Assembly (NCBI GenBank): GCA_041192045.1
Contig: JBEENR010000007.1
Span: 17,277-81,276, forward strand
DNA from: Pseudomonadota bacterium
Lineage (GTDB): Bacteria > Pseudomonadota > Gammaproteobacteria > Burkholderiales > Burkholderiaceae_C
Direction of reading: 5' to 3'
DNA: 64,000 nt
The notes below the pieces were generated by a model. It did no database searches. It was not told the origin of the DNA and saw only the letters and a list, made by a program, of their open reading frames with translations. The position numbers and the translations under genes were made by a program. Numbering within the stretch: position 1 is the first letter of the stretch; each line of letters opens with the position of its first letter. Below, one piece after another: positions 47,145-61,020 of this stretch.

Positions 47145-47301
47145 CCTCACCATGGCCCATTCCACCTTTTATCCCCCGCGCCGCCACTGACTCCCGGCAA
47201 ACAGCACTTCACGCCACGGGGCTGCATGTCGTCGCACGGGGCTGGCTGGGGTCGCGCGGTTGCGGCACAGTGCAGGCCACTGACCCACCGGAGCCGCAGC
47301 C

Positions 47302-47736
47302 ATGACCACCACACTGACCCCCGCCATCATCATCCACCTCAGCGCATCGCTGGGGGCCTTGCTGTTGGGGCCGGTGGCGCTGTGGGCGCGTCGGGGGCAT
47401 GGCACGCCTGGGGTGGTGCAGCGGGTGCGGCTGCACCGGGCGGCGGGTTATGGCTGGACGACGCTGATGCTCATCAGCGCGGTGTCAGCCCTGTTCATCC
47501 GCGACTACCATCTGCCCAACATCGCGGGTTACACCCCCATTCATTTGTTTGTGCCTTACACGCTGGGCGGCCTGTTCATGGCGTTTCGGCATTTGTTGCG
47601 GGGCAATATTCGGGGCCACCGGCAGAACATGATTGGCTTGTACTGCGGGGCCTGTCTGGGGGCGGGTGCGTTTACCCTGTTGCCTGGCCGTTACCTGGGT
47701 CAACTGGTTTGGGGCCAGTGGCTGGGCTGGCTTTGA
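47302..47736 (+). CDS. DUF2306-like small integral membrane protein
   Basis: 144 aa with four hydrophobic segments and an ATG start. It overlaps the spurious 5' extension of the kinase ORF in another frame. Confidence 0.65.
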   Translation: MTTTLTPAIIIHLSASLGALLLGPVALWARRGHGTPGVVQRVRLHRAAGYGWTTLMLISAVSALFIRDYHLPNIAGYTPIHLFVPYTLGGLFMAFRHLLRGNIRGHRQNMIGLYCGACLGAGAFTLLPGRYLGQLVWGQWLGWL

Positions 47737-47789
47737 AGCGATGGATACCCAGACAGCCCCCACGACAAAACCATACCCTCAGAGACCTC

Positions 47790-48929
47790 ATGCCGACCAC
47801 CACATCCCTCAGATGGCTCGACGGCTTGCGCCAGCACCTAGACGATGCACTGCCCCCCGATGTTCGCCGGGGTGTGTGGCAGCGTGGCCTGACGGTCTGG
47901 GTGGTGGCGCTGTTCATTGCCGTGGCGCAGTGGGCGGCGCGCCAGCAAGAGCACCCGCTGCCGGTGGCGCTGGTGTACAGCTACGCCATCAGCACCCTGA
48001 TTTGGTTCTTCACCGACCCCCTGCGGCTGGTGCTGCGGCATTGGTTGCACCCGGTGCCACCCCATGATTGGACGCTGAACCTGCGCAGTATGGCTTGGTT
48101 GCTGGGCAGCATCGTGCTGGGGTTTGCGCTGGGTATTTCGGTAGGCGATGCGTTTGCGGGCCGCTCTACTTGGGCGCTGCTGGCGGTAGCACCGCTGCGG
48201 TTCTGGGGCATCTGGCTGGGTTCGCTGGGGGTGAGTCTGGGTTTTCTGTTTTATTTTTTCCAGCGCGAACGTGCCCAGGCGCTGCAACGCCAAGCCACCG
48301 AGGCACAGTTGCGCCTGCTGGAGAGCCAGCTGGAGCCGCACATGCTGTTCAACACCCTGGCCAATTTGCGGGTGCTCATCAGCTTAGACCCAGCGCGTGC
48401 CCTGCACATGCTGGATCGGCTCAACGGGTATTTGCGCGCTACCTTGCAGGCCTCGCGCAGCAGCGCACAGCAGCACACGCTGGCCGACGAATTCGCCCGG
48501 TTGGCGGACTACCTGGAACTCATGAGCATCCGCATGGGGCCACGGCTGCAAACCGTGCTGGACTTGCCCCCGCTGCTGCAAGGCCACCCGCTGCCCCCGC
48601 TGCTGCTGCAACCGTTGGTAGAAAACGCCATCCGCCACGGGCTGGAGCCCAGCGTGCAGGGGGGCTGTATCCGCGTATCGGCCCAGGCAGGTGCTGCCGG
48701 TCTGGTGCTGGAGGTGCATGACAGCGGGCAGGGCTTTGCCGGTGAACCGCAGGCTGGGTTTGGCTTGACGCAGGTCAGGCAGCGGCTGGCCACGGCTTAC
48801 GCGGGGCGGGCATCGCTGGTGCTGCAATCGGAACCCGCGCAAGGCACCACGGCCCGGCTGTTGCTGCCGCTGCAAGCCCCAACAACCCCCCTTCAACCGC
48901 CTACCACCCCATGTCCGCCCGCGCCCTGA
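47790..48929 (+). CDS. LytS/YehU-type sensor histidine kinase
   Basis: Frame of track ORF 47130..48929 trimmed to ATG 47790. Four to five TM segments, the His_kinase H-box LEPHMLFNTLANLRVLI and the N-box LLLQPLVENAIRHG. Confidence 0.85.
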   Translation: MPTTTSLRWLDGLRQHLDDALPPDVRRGVWQRGLTVWVVALFIAVAQWAARQQEHPLPVALVYSYAISTLIWFFTDPLRLVLRHWLHPVPPHDWTLNLRSMAWLLGSIVLGFALGISVGDAFAGRSTWALLAVAPLRFWGIWLGSLGVSLGFLFYFFQRERAQALQRQATEAQLRLLESQLEPHMLFNTLANLRVLISLDPARALHMLDRLNGYLRATLQASRSSAQQHTLADEFARLADYLELMSIRMGPRLQTVLDLPPLLQGHPLPPLLLQPLVENAIRHGLEPSVQGGCIRVSAQAGAAGLVLEVHDSGQGFAGEPQAGFGLTQVRQRLATAYAGRASLVLQSEPAQGTTARLLLPLQAPTTPLQPPTTPCPPAP

Positions 48930-49717
48930 TTGCCGAAGACGAACCCCTGCTGGCCGCTGCGCTGCAAGCCGACTTGGCCCGCGTTTGGCCCGATTTGCAG
49001 ATTTGTGCCCAAGTGGGCGATGGGGTCAGCGCCGTGCAGCAAGCGCTGGCGCACCAGCCCGAGGTGCTGTTTCTCGACATCCGCATGCCCGGCCTCAGTG
49101 GTCTGGAGGCGGCTGCCGAACTGGCTGACCACTGGCCGCAGGGCGATCGTGTTCCTGCCTTTCCGGCGCTGGTGTTTGTGACGGCCTACGACCAGTACGC
49201 GGTACAGGCTTTTGAGGCGCAGGCGGTGGACTACCTGCTCAAGCCGGTGCAGCAAGACCGTTTGGCGCGTACCGTGCAGCGCTTGCAACACCGATTGGCC
49301 CAGCGCCAGCCCGCCCCTGGCACCTCACTGGAGCACAGTCTGGCCCAGTTGCGTGCCCTGCTGGCACCGCCCACCGCCCACCCAAGCCCCGAGCCTTTGA
49401 CCGTCATCCAGGCCAGTGTGGGCAACACCTTGCACCTGGTGCCAGTGTCGGAGGTGTTGGTCTTTGAAGCTGCCGACAAATACGTGCGCGTGCTGGGTGC
49501 CGAGGGGGAATGGCTGATCCGCACCCCGCTTCGCGAGTTGCTGCCCCGGCTGGATGCGGCGCAGTTTTGGCAAATTCACCGGGGCACGGTGGTGCGCGCC
49601 ACCGCCATTCACACGGTCAATCGGCAGGACAACGGGCAGTTGCTGCTGCGCCTGCGCGGGCGGTCTGAGGTGCTGACCGTTAGTCGGCTGTACGCCCCGC
49701 GCTTCAAGGCCATGTAG
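48911..49717 (+). CDS. LytR/AlgR-family response regulator (REC plus LytTR)
   Basis: 268 aa. ALIAEDEPLL and LFLDIRMPGLSG. The C-terminal LytTR region contains FEAADKYVRV, FWQIHRGTVV and LTVSRLY. Confidence 0.88.
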   Translation: MSARALIAEDEPLLAAALQADLARVWPDLQICAQVGDGVSAVQQALAHQPEVLFLDIRMPGLSGLEAAAELADHWPQGDRVPAFPALVFVTAYDQYAVQAFEAQAVDYLLKPVQQDRLARTVQRLQHRLAQRQPAPGTSLEHSLAQLRALLAPPTAHPSPEPLTVIQASVGNTLHLVPVSEVLVFEAADKYVRVLGAEGEWLIRTPLRELLPRLDAAQFWQIHRGTVVRATAIHTVNRQDNGQLLLRLRGRSEVLTVSRLYAPRFKAM

Positions 49718-49731
49718 GCGAGGCTGTGTCC

Positions 49732-50934
49732 TTACAGCGCCGCTGCCAGCCGCGCCACACCCGCCTCAATCTTGTCTGGCCCCACGGTGGCAAAGCTCAG
49801 GCGCAGGGTGGCTGGGTCGGGGTTGGCGGCAAAGAAGGGCGCACCGGGCACAAAGGCCACGCCCTGTTCAATGGCCCGGCGGGCCAACTCACCGCCGTTG
49901 GACACGGCACCGCCCGCACCGCTCAGGCGTGCCCACACGAACAGACCGCCCTGCGGCTGCACAAATTCCAGCGCGTCGCCCAGCTCGCGCCGCAGGGCGT
50001 TACCCATGGTGGTGGCGCGTTCGGCATAGACGGCACGCACTTTGTCCAGGGTGGCGGGCATGCGCCCGGCCTTCAGGTATTGGGCGGCGGTGGCTTGGGC
50101 GAAGGTGCTGGTGTGGGCATCGCTGAACTGTTTGCACATGGTGGCTTTGGCCAGCAGCTCGGCGGGGCCTACCATCCAACCCACGCGCAGACCGGGGCTG
50201 AGCACCTTGCTTAAAGAGCCGCAGTGCACCAGCCGGTCGCGGCTGCCGGGCACCTGTTCGCTCAGGGCCAGCAGGCTCGGCGGCGGGGCTGCGCCAAAGT
50301 ACAGGTCGCCATAGGGGTCGTCTTCCACGATCAAGGTGTTGTGCTGCACCGCCAGCTCCAGCACTTTTTTGCGGCGCTCTAGGCTCAGCAGCGCGCCGCT
50401 GGGGTTGCCAAAGGTGGGGATGAGGTACACAAACTTGGGCCGGTGGGTCTGGATGAGCTGCTCCAGCGCATCGGTCTGCACCCCATCGCCATCCACCGGC
50501 ACCGTGATCAGCTCGGCCCCATAGAGCCGGAAGCACTGGATGGTGGCCAAAAACGTGGGGCCTTCCACAATCACCTTGTCGCCGGGCGAGATCAGGGTTT
50601 TGCCCAGCAAGTCCAGCGCCTGTTGGCTGCCGGTGGTCACGATCAAGTCATCGGGCCGCACCCCGGTGTTGCCCTTGCTGGCCATGAAGGCGGCCAGCTG
50701 CTCGCGCAGCGGCTGGTAGCCCTCGGTGGCACCGTATTGCAGGGCGGCACCCGGCTCTTCAGTCAGGGCGGCATTCACGGCGGCGCGCACGCCGTCCACA
50801 TCAAACAGAGCGCTGTCCGGAAAGCCACCCGCAAAACTGATGATGCCGGGGCGACCCAGCAGCTTGAACAGTTCCCGAATGGCAGAGGTTTCGACTTGGT
50901 TGAGGCGGTCGGCAAAAGGCGTGTTGAACGGCAT
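49732..50934 (-). CDS. PLP-dependent aminotransferase (class I/II fold)
   Basis: Track ORF trimmed to ATG 50934. SAIRELFKLLGRPGIISFAGGFP and SLSKVLSPGLRVGW. Confidence 0.85.
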   Translation of the reverse strand: MPFNTPFADRLNQVETSAIRELFKLLGRPGIISFAGGFPDSALFDVDGVRAAVNAALTEEPGAALQYGATEGYQPLREQLAAFMASKGNTGVRPDDLIVTTGSQQALDLLGKTLISPGDKVIVEGPTFLATIQCFRLYGAELITVPVDGDGVQTDALEQLIQTHRPKFVYLIPTFGNPSGALLSLERRKKVLELAVQHNTLIVEDDPYGDLYFGAAPPPSLLALSEQVPGSRDRLVHCGSLSKVLSPGLRVGWMVGPAELLAKATMCKQFSDAHTSTFAQATAAQYLKAGRMPATLDKVRAVYAERATTMGNALRRELGDALEFVQPQGGLFVWARLSGAGGAVSNGGELARRAIEQGVAFVPGAPFFAANPDPATLRLSFATVGPDKIEAGVARLAAAL

Positions 50935-51003
50935 GGCGGTGCGGGGGGAGGGCGGTGAATGAAGAGCCTGTGATGGTAGCGCCAGCTTCAGCAAGCCCGT
51001 GAA

Positions 51004-52131
51004 TCAGCGACTCACCAGCCGACCCTCGCGGGTCACCATGCCCAGTTCCACGTAGTTGCTGCCGTGCAGCTTGCCGGGCGCAAAACTCACCTTAAAACCA
51101 CCCATGTCCAAAGTGCCCATGTTGGTCAGCGACTGCAATACCGACTGTGCTGTGACAGGGCCTTGCACCCGGCGAATGCCCTCGGTCAGCACGCGGGCGG
51201 CCAAACAGGCTTCGAGCTGGGTGGAATTCATGGTTTTGCTGCCTGCGGCTTCTAGGGCTTTGGCGCAATCGCGCACGGCGGGTTGTACCGAAGTTGGGCT
51301 GGGCACCACCTGACTGATGGACACGCCCGCACTGGCTGGCCCGGCGGCGGCCATGAATTGGTCTGCACCCACAAACGACAGGCTGGACATGGGCACGATG
51401 CGCCCGCGCGCCACCAAGTCTTTTTGCAGGGCCGCTGCGGCACCCGAGAGCACGGTGTTGATGATGACTTCGGGCTGCTGGGCGACCAGTTGGTCGGCCT
51501 CGGGCTTGCCGACGGCAGCGTTACGCTGCAAGGGCAGGGCCTGCGGGGTGAGGTTGATTTTTTTCAGGTACTCGGCCACGACGGCAAAGTTCTGCCGCCC
51601 CACCTCGTCGTCGTAGTGCACCACGCTGACCCGTTTGAAGCCCAGGCTGGTCCAGAAACCCAGCATTTTTTCCAGCTCTTCGCCATACGAAGCGCGCATG
51701 GTGAAAACCACCGGGCTGTTGCCGCGCACCGCGTTGGCCCCCGAGAACGGCGCAAAAAATGCCACCCGCTGTTTTTCGGCCTGCGGCATCGCATCCAGAC
51801 TGAGCGTGGCCGAGGCAAAGCCAAACAGTGCCAGCACATCGCGCTGGGCCAGCAGGGCGGTCGCGTTGGCAGCCGCTTGTTTGCGGTCGTTCTTGTCGTC
51901 CAGCGTTTGCAGCTCAATGGGCCGCCCCTGCACGCCGCCACGGGCGTTGACTTGGGCAAACCAAGCAGCAGCACCGCGCTGGATGTCTTGTCCAAACTGT
52001 GCGTTGCCTCCTGTGAGCGGGGCTGACTGACCAATGATCCATTTGTCCTGAGCCTGTACGGTGGCGGTGGTGCTCAGGGCTGCAACCAGGGTCAGGGCGG
52101 ACAGTGCTGTCAGGGCGTGTGGCATGTGCAT
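51004..52131 (-). CDS. ABC transporter substrate-binding protein (Leu/Ile/Val-binding family)
   Basis: Track ORF trimmed to ATG 52131, which has a GGAG SD. Signal peptide MHMPHALTALSALTLVAALSTTATVQA, followed by a type I periplasmic binding fold. Confidence 0.82.
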   Translation of the reverse strand: MHMPHALTALSALTLVAALSTTATVQAQDKWIIGQSAPLTGGNAQFGQDIQRGAAAWFAQVNARGGVQGRPIELQTLDDKNDRKQAAANATALLAQRDVLALFGFASATLSLDAMPQAEKQRVAFFAPFSGANAVRGNSPVVFTMRASYGEELEKMLGFWTSLGFKRVSVVHYDDEVGRQNFAVVAEYLKKINLTPQALPLQRNAAVGKPEADQLVAQQPEVIINTVLSGAAAALQKDLVARGRIVPMSSLSFVGADQFMAAAGPASAGVSISQVVPSPTSVQPAVRDCAKALEAAGSKTMNSTQLEACLAARVLTEGIRRVQGPVTAQSVLQSLTNMGTLDMGGFKVSFAPGKLHGSNYVELGMVTREGRLVSR

Positions 52132-52223
52132 GCGGGTCTCCAATGTTGTGAGGGGTACAGGTAAATAGGTTACATGAATCAGACCGGCAAACCGCAACAA
52201 TGGAGACATTTTGAAACGGTTAA

Positions 52224-53264
52224 ATGGGAACCCCCCACAATCGCAGCATGCCGAACACGTCACCCCCTTTCATGCCTGAGCAGTCTGCTGCTGTTCAGAA
52301 CAAGCCCGATCAGCCCAGCCCTGACAACATCTTGCGCATTCAGCGGGTGAGCAAAACCTACGCAGGGGGCTTTCAGGCGCTGAAAAATATCGACCTCGAC
52401 ATTCGGCGGGGTGAAATTTTTGCCCTGCTCGGCCCCAACGGGGCGGGCAAGACCACCCTCATCAGCACCATTTGTGGCATGACCAACCCCACAGCCGGGC
52501 ACATCTTGGTGCAGGGTTTTGATACGGTCAGTCAGTACCGGCAGGCCCGTGCTTGCATTGGTCTGGTGCCGCAAGAGTTGCTGACCGATTCTTTTGAGAC
52601 GGTTTGGGCCACCGTCAGTTTCAGCCGGGGTTTGTTTGGCAAACCGCCCAACCCAGCCTACATCGAACGCATCCTCAAAGCCCTCTCGCTGTGGGACAAG
52701 AAGGACAACAAGATGCTGCAACTCTCGGGCGGCATGAAGCGCCGGGTGCTGATCGCCAAGGCCTTGTCGCACGAGCCGCAGGTGTTGTTTTTGGACGAAC
52801 CCAGTGCTGGGGTGGATGTGGACTTGCGCCACGACATGTGGCGGCTGGTGCGCAGCTTGCGCGAAGCGGGCACCACCATCATCCTGACCACGCACTACCT
52901 CGAAGAAGCCGAAGACATGGCCGACCGCATTGGTGTGATCCGCAAGGGGGAGCTGATCTTGGTAGAAGACAAGGCCGTGCTCATGCGCCAATTTGGTCGC
53001 CGGGAACTGATGCTGACCCTCACGCAAGCCCTGCACGAATTGCCTGCCCACCTGGCCCATTGGCCGCTGCGACTGACCCCGGACGGACAGACCCTGACCT
53101 ACAGCTTTGATGCCTGCAAAGAAGACACCGGCATGGCCGATTTGCTGGCGGCATTGGGCGCGGCGGACATCCATTTCAAGGACTTGCAAACCCAAAGCAG
53201 CTCGTTGGAAGACATTTTTGTCAACCTCGTCAAAGAGCCTGCACCCACGGAGAATGCCCCATGA
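52224..53264 (+). CDS. ABC transporter ATP-binding protein (ABC-2 exporter type)
   Basis: Walker [10 protein letters not shown], signature LSGGMKRR and Walker [12 protein letters not shown]. An alternative start is ATG 52248. Confidence 0.88.
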   Translation: MGTPHNRSMPNTSPPFMPEQSAAVQNKPDQPSPDNILRIQRVSKTYAGGFQALKNIDLDIRRGEIFALLGPNGAGKTTLISTICGMTNPTAGHILVQGFDTVSQYRQARACIGLVPQELLTDSFETVWATVSFSRGLFGKPPNPAYIERILKALSLWDKKDNKMLQLSGGMKRRVLIAKALSHEPQVLFLDEPSAGVDVDLRHDMWRLVRSLREAGTTIILTTHYLEEAEDMADRIGVIRKGELILVEDKAVLMRQFGRRELMLTLTQALHELPAHLAHWPLRLTPDGQTLTYSFDACKEDTGMADLLAALGAADIHFKDLQTQSSSLEDIFVNLVKEPAPTENAP

Positions 53265-54028
53265 CGCTCAACTTGTATGCGGTACAGGCCATTTACCGCT
53301 TTGAAATGCACCGCGCCTTGCGCACGTGGGCACAAAGCCTGCTGGCACCGGTACTGACCACCTCGCTGTATTTCATTGTGTTTGGCTCGGCCATTGGGGC
53401 GCGCATGGGCGACATTGGTGGCGTGACTTACGGGGCCTACATCATTCCGGGCCTGCTGATGCTGTCCTTGCTGTCCGAGAGCATTTCGAACGCGGCTTTC
53501 GGCATTTACATGCCCAAATGGTCGGGCACGATTTACGAGCTGCTCAGTGCGCCGGTCAACTGGGTCGAGGCCCTCATGGGCTATGTGGGCGCTGCGGCCA
53601 GCAAAAGCTTGGTGCTGTCGGTGCTGATTTTGCTCACGGCCCGCGTGTTTGTGCCGTATCAGGTGGCGCATCCGGTCTGGCTGGTGGTCTTGCTGGTGCT
53701 CACAGCCGTCACGTTCTGTCTGTTGGGCTTCATCATCGGTTTGTGGGCCGACAACTTTCAAAAGCTGCAAGTGGTGCCGCTGCTGGTCATCACGCCGCTG
53801 ACGTTTTTGGGTGGAGCGTTCTACAGCATCAACATGTTGCCGCCGCTGTGGCAAACCGTCTCGCTTTTCAACCCGGTGGTGTACCTCATCAGCGGCTTGC
53901 GCTGGGCGTTTTATGGCGCGGGCGATGTGTCCATCGTCATGAGTACGGGCATGACGCTGGGTTTCATGCTGCTGTGTTTGGCTGTGGTGTGGTGGATATT
54001 CAAGACGGGCTGGCGCATCCGGCGGTGA
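53261..54028 (+). CDS. ABC-2 type transporter permease
   Basis: 255 aa with six TM segments. Its ATG overlaps the ATPase stop. Confidence 0.85.
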   Translation: MTLNLYAVQAIYRFEMHRALRTWAQSLLAPVLTTSLYFIVFGSAIGARMGDIGGVTYGAYIIPGLLMLSLLSESISNAAFGIYMPKWSGTIYELLSAPVNWVEALMGYVGAAASKSLVLSVLILLTARVFVPYQVAHPVWLVVLLVLTAVTFCLLGFIIGLWADNFQKLQVVPLLVITPLTFLGGAFYSINMLPPLWQTVSLFNPVVYLISGLRWAFYGAGDVSIVMSTGMTLGFMLLCLAVVWWIFKTGWRIRR

Positions 54029-54067
54029 AGGCGTAACTGCAAGAAGGTATATTCCAGCCTGTTTGCA

Positions 54068-54102
54068 TTTTTTTGGATTTTTTGTAGTTTTTAGACGATT
54101 TT
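54068..54102. promoter_or_regulatory. helically phased T-tracts (T7, T6, T5, T4) upstream of the HD-GYP operon
   Basis: T runs start at 54068, 54078, 54088 and 54099, a 10-11 bp period. Confidence 0.45.
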
Positions 54103-54124
54103 GCTTCTAAAGGGCTCGTATTCC

Positions 54125-55276
54125 ATGACTTCTTTTTTTGACTTCACCACAAAACCCACGGTGCTGGTGGTGGACGATACGCCAGACAATTTGGCACTGA
54201 TGTCGGGACTGCTGAAAGACCGCTACCGCGTCAAGGTAGCCAACCACGGCGAAAAAGCCTTGCGCATTGCCCAGGGCGACGACCCGCCTGACTTGATTTT
54301 GCTCGACATCATGATGCCCGGACTCTCGGGCTATGAGGTGTGCCAAACGCTCAAGGCCAGCCCGGCCACGTGGGACATTCCCATCATCTTCTTGACGGCG
54401 ATCACCGCGACCGAAGACGAGCGAAAAGGTTTAGAAATGGGGGCGGCAGACTTCATCACCAAGCCGGTCAACCCGCCGATTTTGCTGGCACGGGTGGCCA
54501 CCCAGTTGCAGATCAAGGCCGCTGCCGACTTTTTGAAAGATCAAAACGCCTACCTGGATGCCGAGGTCGAGCGCCGTGGCCGTGAGCTGGCAGCCATTCA
54601 GGATGTGACGATTCTGGCCATGGCCTCGCTGGCTGAAACCCGCGACAACGACACCGGCAACCACATCCGGCGCACACAGAACTATGTGAAGGTGCTGGCC
54701 GAACACCTGAAACACCACCCCCGGTTCAAGTTTTTCTTGACCGACCGCACCATCGACCTGCTCTACAAGTCGGCCCCGCTGCACGACATTGGCAAGGTGG
54801 GCATTCCGGATCGCATCTTGCTCAAGCCTGGACGCTTCGAGCCGCACGAGATGGAGATCATGAAAACCCATTGCAAGCTGGGGCGCGATGCCATTGCGCA
54901 TGCCGAGGAGCAACTGGGTTTGCAAGTCGAATTTTTGAAATACGCCAAAGAAATTGCCTACAGCCACCAAGAAAAATGGGACGGCAGCGGCTACCCCGAG
55001 GGTTTGGCGGGCGATGCCATTCCGATTTCAGCGCGGCTGATGGCGGTGGCTGACGTGTACGACGCACTCATCAGCCGCCGGGTTTACAAGGCAGGCATGC
55101 CGCACGAGGCTGCGGTGCGCATCATCACCGAAGGCCGGGGTCAACATTTTGATCCTGACATCGTGGATGCCTTTGTGGCCCTGGCCCCGCAGTTTCAGGC
55201 CATTGCCCTGCGCTTTGCCGACAGTGACGAAGACTTGGCCCAAAAAGCGGCCACGCTCAAGGTCATTACCGGTTGA
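54125..55276 (+). CDS. response regulator with an HD-GYP domain (RpfG-type c-di-GMP phosphodiesterase)
   Basis: Track ORF trimmed to ATG 54125. REC with VLVVDDTPDN and LILLDIMMPGLSG. HD-GYP with HDIGKVGIPDRILLKPG and HQEKWDGSGYPEGL. Confidence 0.9.
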   Translation: MTSFFDFTTKPTVLVVDDTPDNLALMSGLLKDRYRVKVANHGEKALRIAQGDDPPDLILLDIMMPGLSGYEVCQTLKASPATWDIPIIFLTAITATEDERKGLEMGAADFITKPVNPPILLARVATQLQIKAAADFLKDQNAYLDAEVERRGRELAAIQDVTILAMASLAETRDNDTGNHIRRTQNYVKVLAEHLKHHPRFKFFLTDRTIDLLYKSAPLHDIGKVGIPDRILLKPGRFEPHEMEIMKTHCKLGRDAIAHAEEQLGLQVEFLKYAKEIAYSHQEKWDGSGYPEGLAGDAIPISARLMAVADVYDALISRRVYKAGMPHEAAVRIITEGRGQHFDPDIVDAFVALAPQFQAIALRFADSDEDLAQKAATLKVITG

Positions 55277-55330
55277 TTCCCTGTAACCGGTTCTGTGACT
55301 GCCCCGCGCAACAGCCTAGAAGGTTTCCCC

Positions 55331-56958
55331 ATGGCACCCACCGATGAGACGCGCCGCCTGAACCGCTTTGCCTTGTGGTTCAACAACCATCCGCGCTGGT
55401 CGGTGCTCATGGTCTGGTTGCTGGTGGCCGTGCTGGCGGGCAGCAGTTGGTGGGCCGATACCCGGCTGCGCACGCAGCAGCGGGTATCGCTGCTGGAGAC
55501 CGAGGCCCTGCGCAGCGCGGTCGAAATCATGGCTACCACGCTCAATGGCAACCTGATGGGCTCCATCACCATGCTGGGCATCATGGACCCCGATATCAAA
55601 CAAGATGCCACCAACCGCCTGCTGTCAGTGGGGGCCACCATCGACAGCAGGCTGGGCATGGTGGGTGGCGCATTCGATGCACGCGGTGTTTTCGTGGTCT
55701 CGCGTGACGGCATCGTCAAAACCTCGTGGAACAGTTCGGGCAAACCCAACACAGGGCTGGATGTGCGCTTTCGGCCCTATTACCAGATGGCCATGCAGGG
55801 CAAATCGTCGGTGTACGCGGCGGTGGGCACCAGCAGTGGCGAGCGCACGCTGTACTTTGCCGCGCCGGTGTACCCCGAAGCGGCACGCTCGGTGGTGGGC
55901 GTGGGGGCGGTGGTGGCGCAGGCGCGCATCAACCGGCTAGAAGCCCTGCTGCGCGACAAGGCCCATGCGGCGGCGCTGCTCTCGCCCCAGGGCGTGGTGT
56001 TTGCCGCCAGCCGGGACGAATGGGTGGGGTTGATCGACGGCACGCCCAGCCCTGAGCGGCTCAAGGCCATTCGGGATTTGAAGCAGTTTGGCAAATGGTT
56101 TGACACCACGGATCCCAAGCCGCTGCCGGTGCGGGCCGAAACCGGCGTACAAACCCTGAACGGTGTGCGCCATGCCGTCGCCGCTGCCGCTGTGGACTGG
56201 AACGACCCCGCAGGCCCCTGGACGCTGGTGCTGCTGGAAGATTTGTCCCAAACTGTGCCCCCGGCCTCGACGGCTTGGCGTGTGGCGGCGGTGACTGCGG
56301 TGGCGGGCTTGCTGGCTTGGATGCTGCTCAAGCTGTTGCGCGGTCGCCAGCAGCAGCTGCGTGCCACAGCCCAGTTGCAGCAACTGGCCGACGAACAAAA
56401 CCGCCAGTTAACCCAGCGCAGCCAGTTGGCGGCAGCCATGCTGCGCCTGCAACAGTGCAACGACCTGCCCACACTGGCGCGCACCTTCTTGAGCGATGCC
56501 CATGCCATGCATGGCGTGCTGCATGGCGTGGTGTATGCCCACCGTGTCAACACCCCGCCCGATCACTACGCGCTGTTGGCCAGTTTTGCCTGTGCCACAC
56601 CGCCCCCGGCGCATTTGGTGGCCGGGCAGGGTTTGTTGGGCCAGTGCGCGTTGGAGCGCCAGCCCCGTGTGCTGGCCGCTGGCGCAGGGTCGCTGCCGCC
56701 CATCCGTTCGGGGCTGGGCATGCATGCCGCCCGTTCCTTGGTGATGCTGCCCTTGATCCGTGGCGATGCTGTGTTGGGCTTGTTGGAAGTCGCTGCCTTC
56801 TCAGCCCCTGAGCAGTTTCCGCTGGAGGCTTTTACCGAATTGGCGCATGCGCTGGCCTTGAACCTAGAAATTTTGCAACGCTCCGAAGTCACAGAAACCA
56901 TGCTTGCACAGACCGCAGCCCTGCGCCAATCGGCTGCACTGCCGCTTCAGGAGGGCGC

Positions 56959-56962
<4 letters not shown>
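55331..56962 (+). CDS. Cache-like periplasmic sensor, TM and GAF protein with no recognisable output domain
   Basis: Track ORF (GTG 55295) trimmed to ATG 55331. TM1 [15 protein letters not shown], a Cache-type motif [38 protein letters not shown]2 [19 protein letters not shown], a coiled coil, a GAF core [13 protein letters not shown]...[10 protein letters not shown], and a terminal helix [12 protein letters not shown]. Confidence 0.8.

Positions 56963-61016
<4,054 letters not shown>

Positions 61017-61020
<4 letters not shown>

Noticed and set aside
47006-47305. 99-aa ORF filling the gap after the AAA/PD-(D/E)xK gene
   Set aside because: It has no SD and a Pro/Gly/Ser/Thr-rich, unstructured-looking sequence, and it coincides with the inverted-repeat element. 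It is more likely non-coding.
47130-47789. 5' extension making the LytS-type kinase a 599-aa protein
   Set aside because: The extension is Pro/Gly/Ala/His-rich and lacks TM segments. It overlaps a well-formed DUF2306-like gene in another frame. ATG 47790 gives a normal kinase N-terminus.
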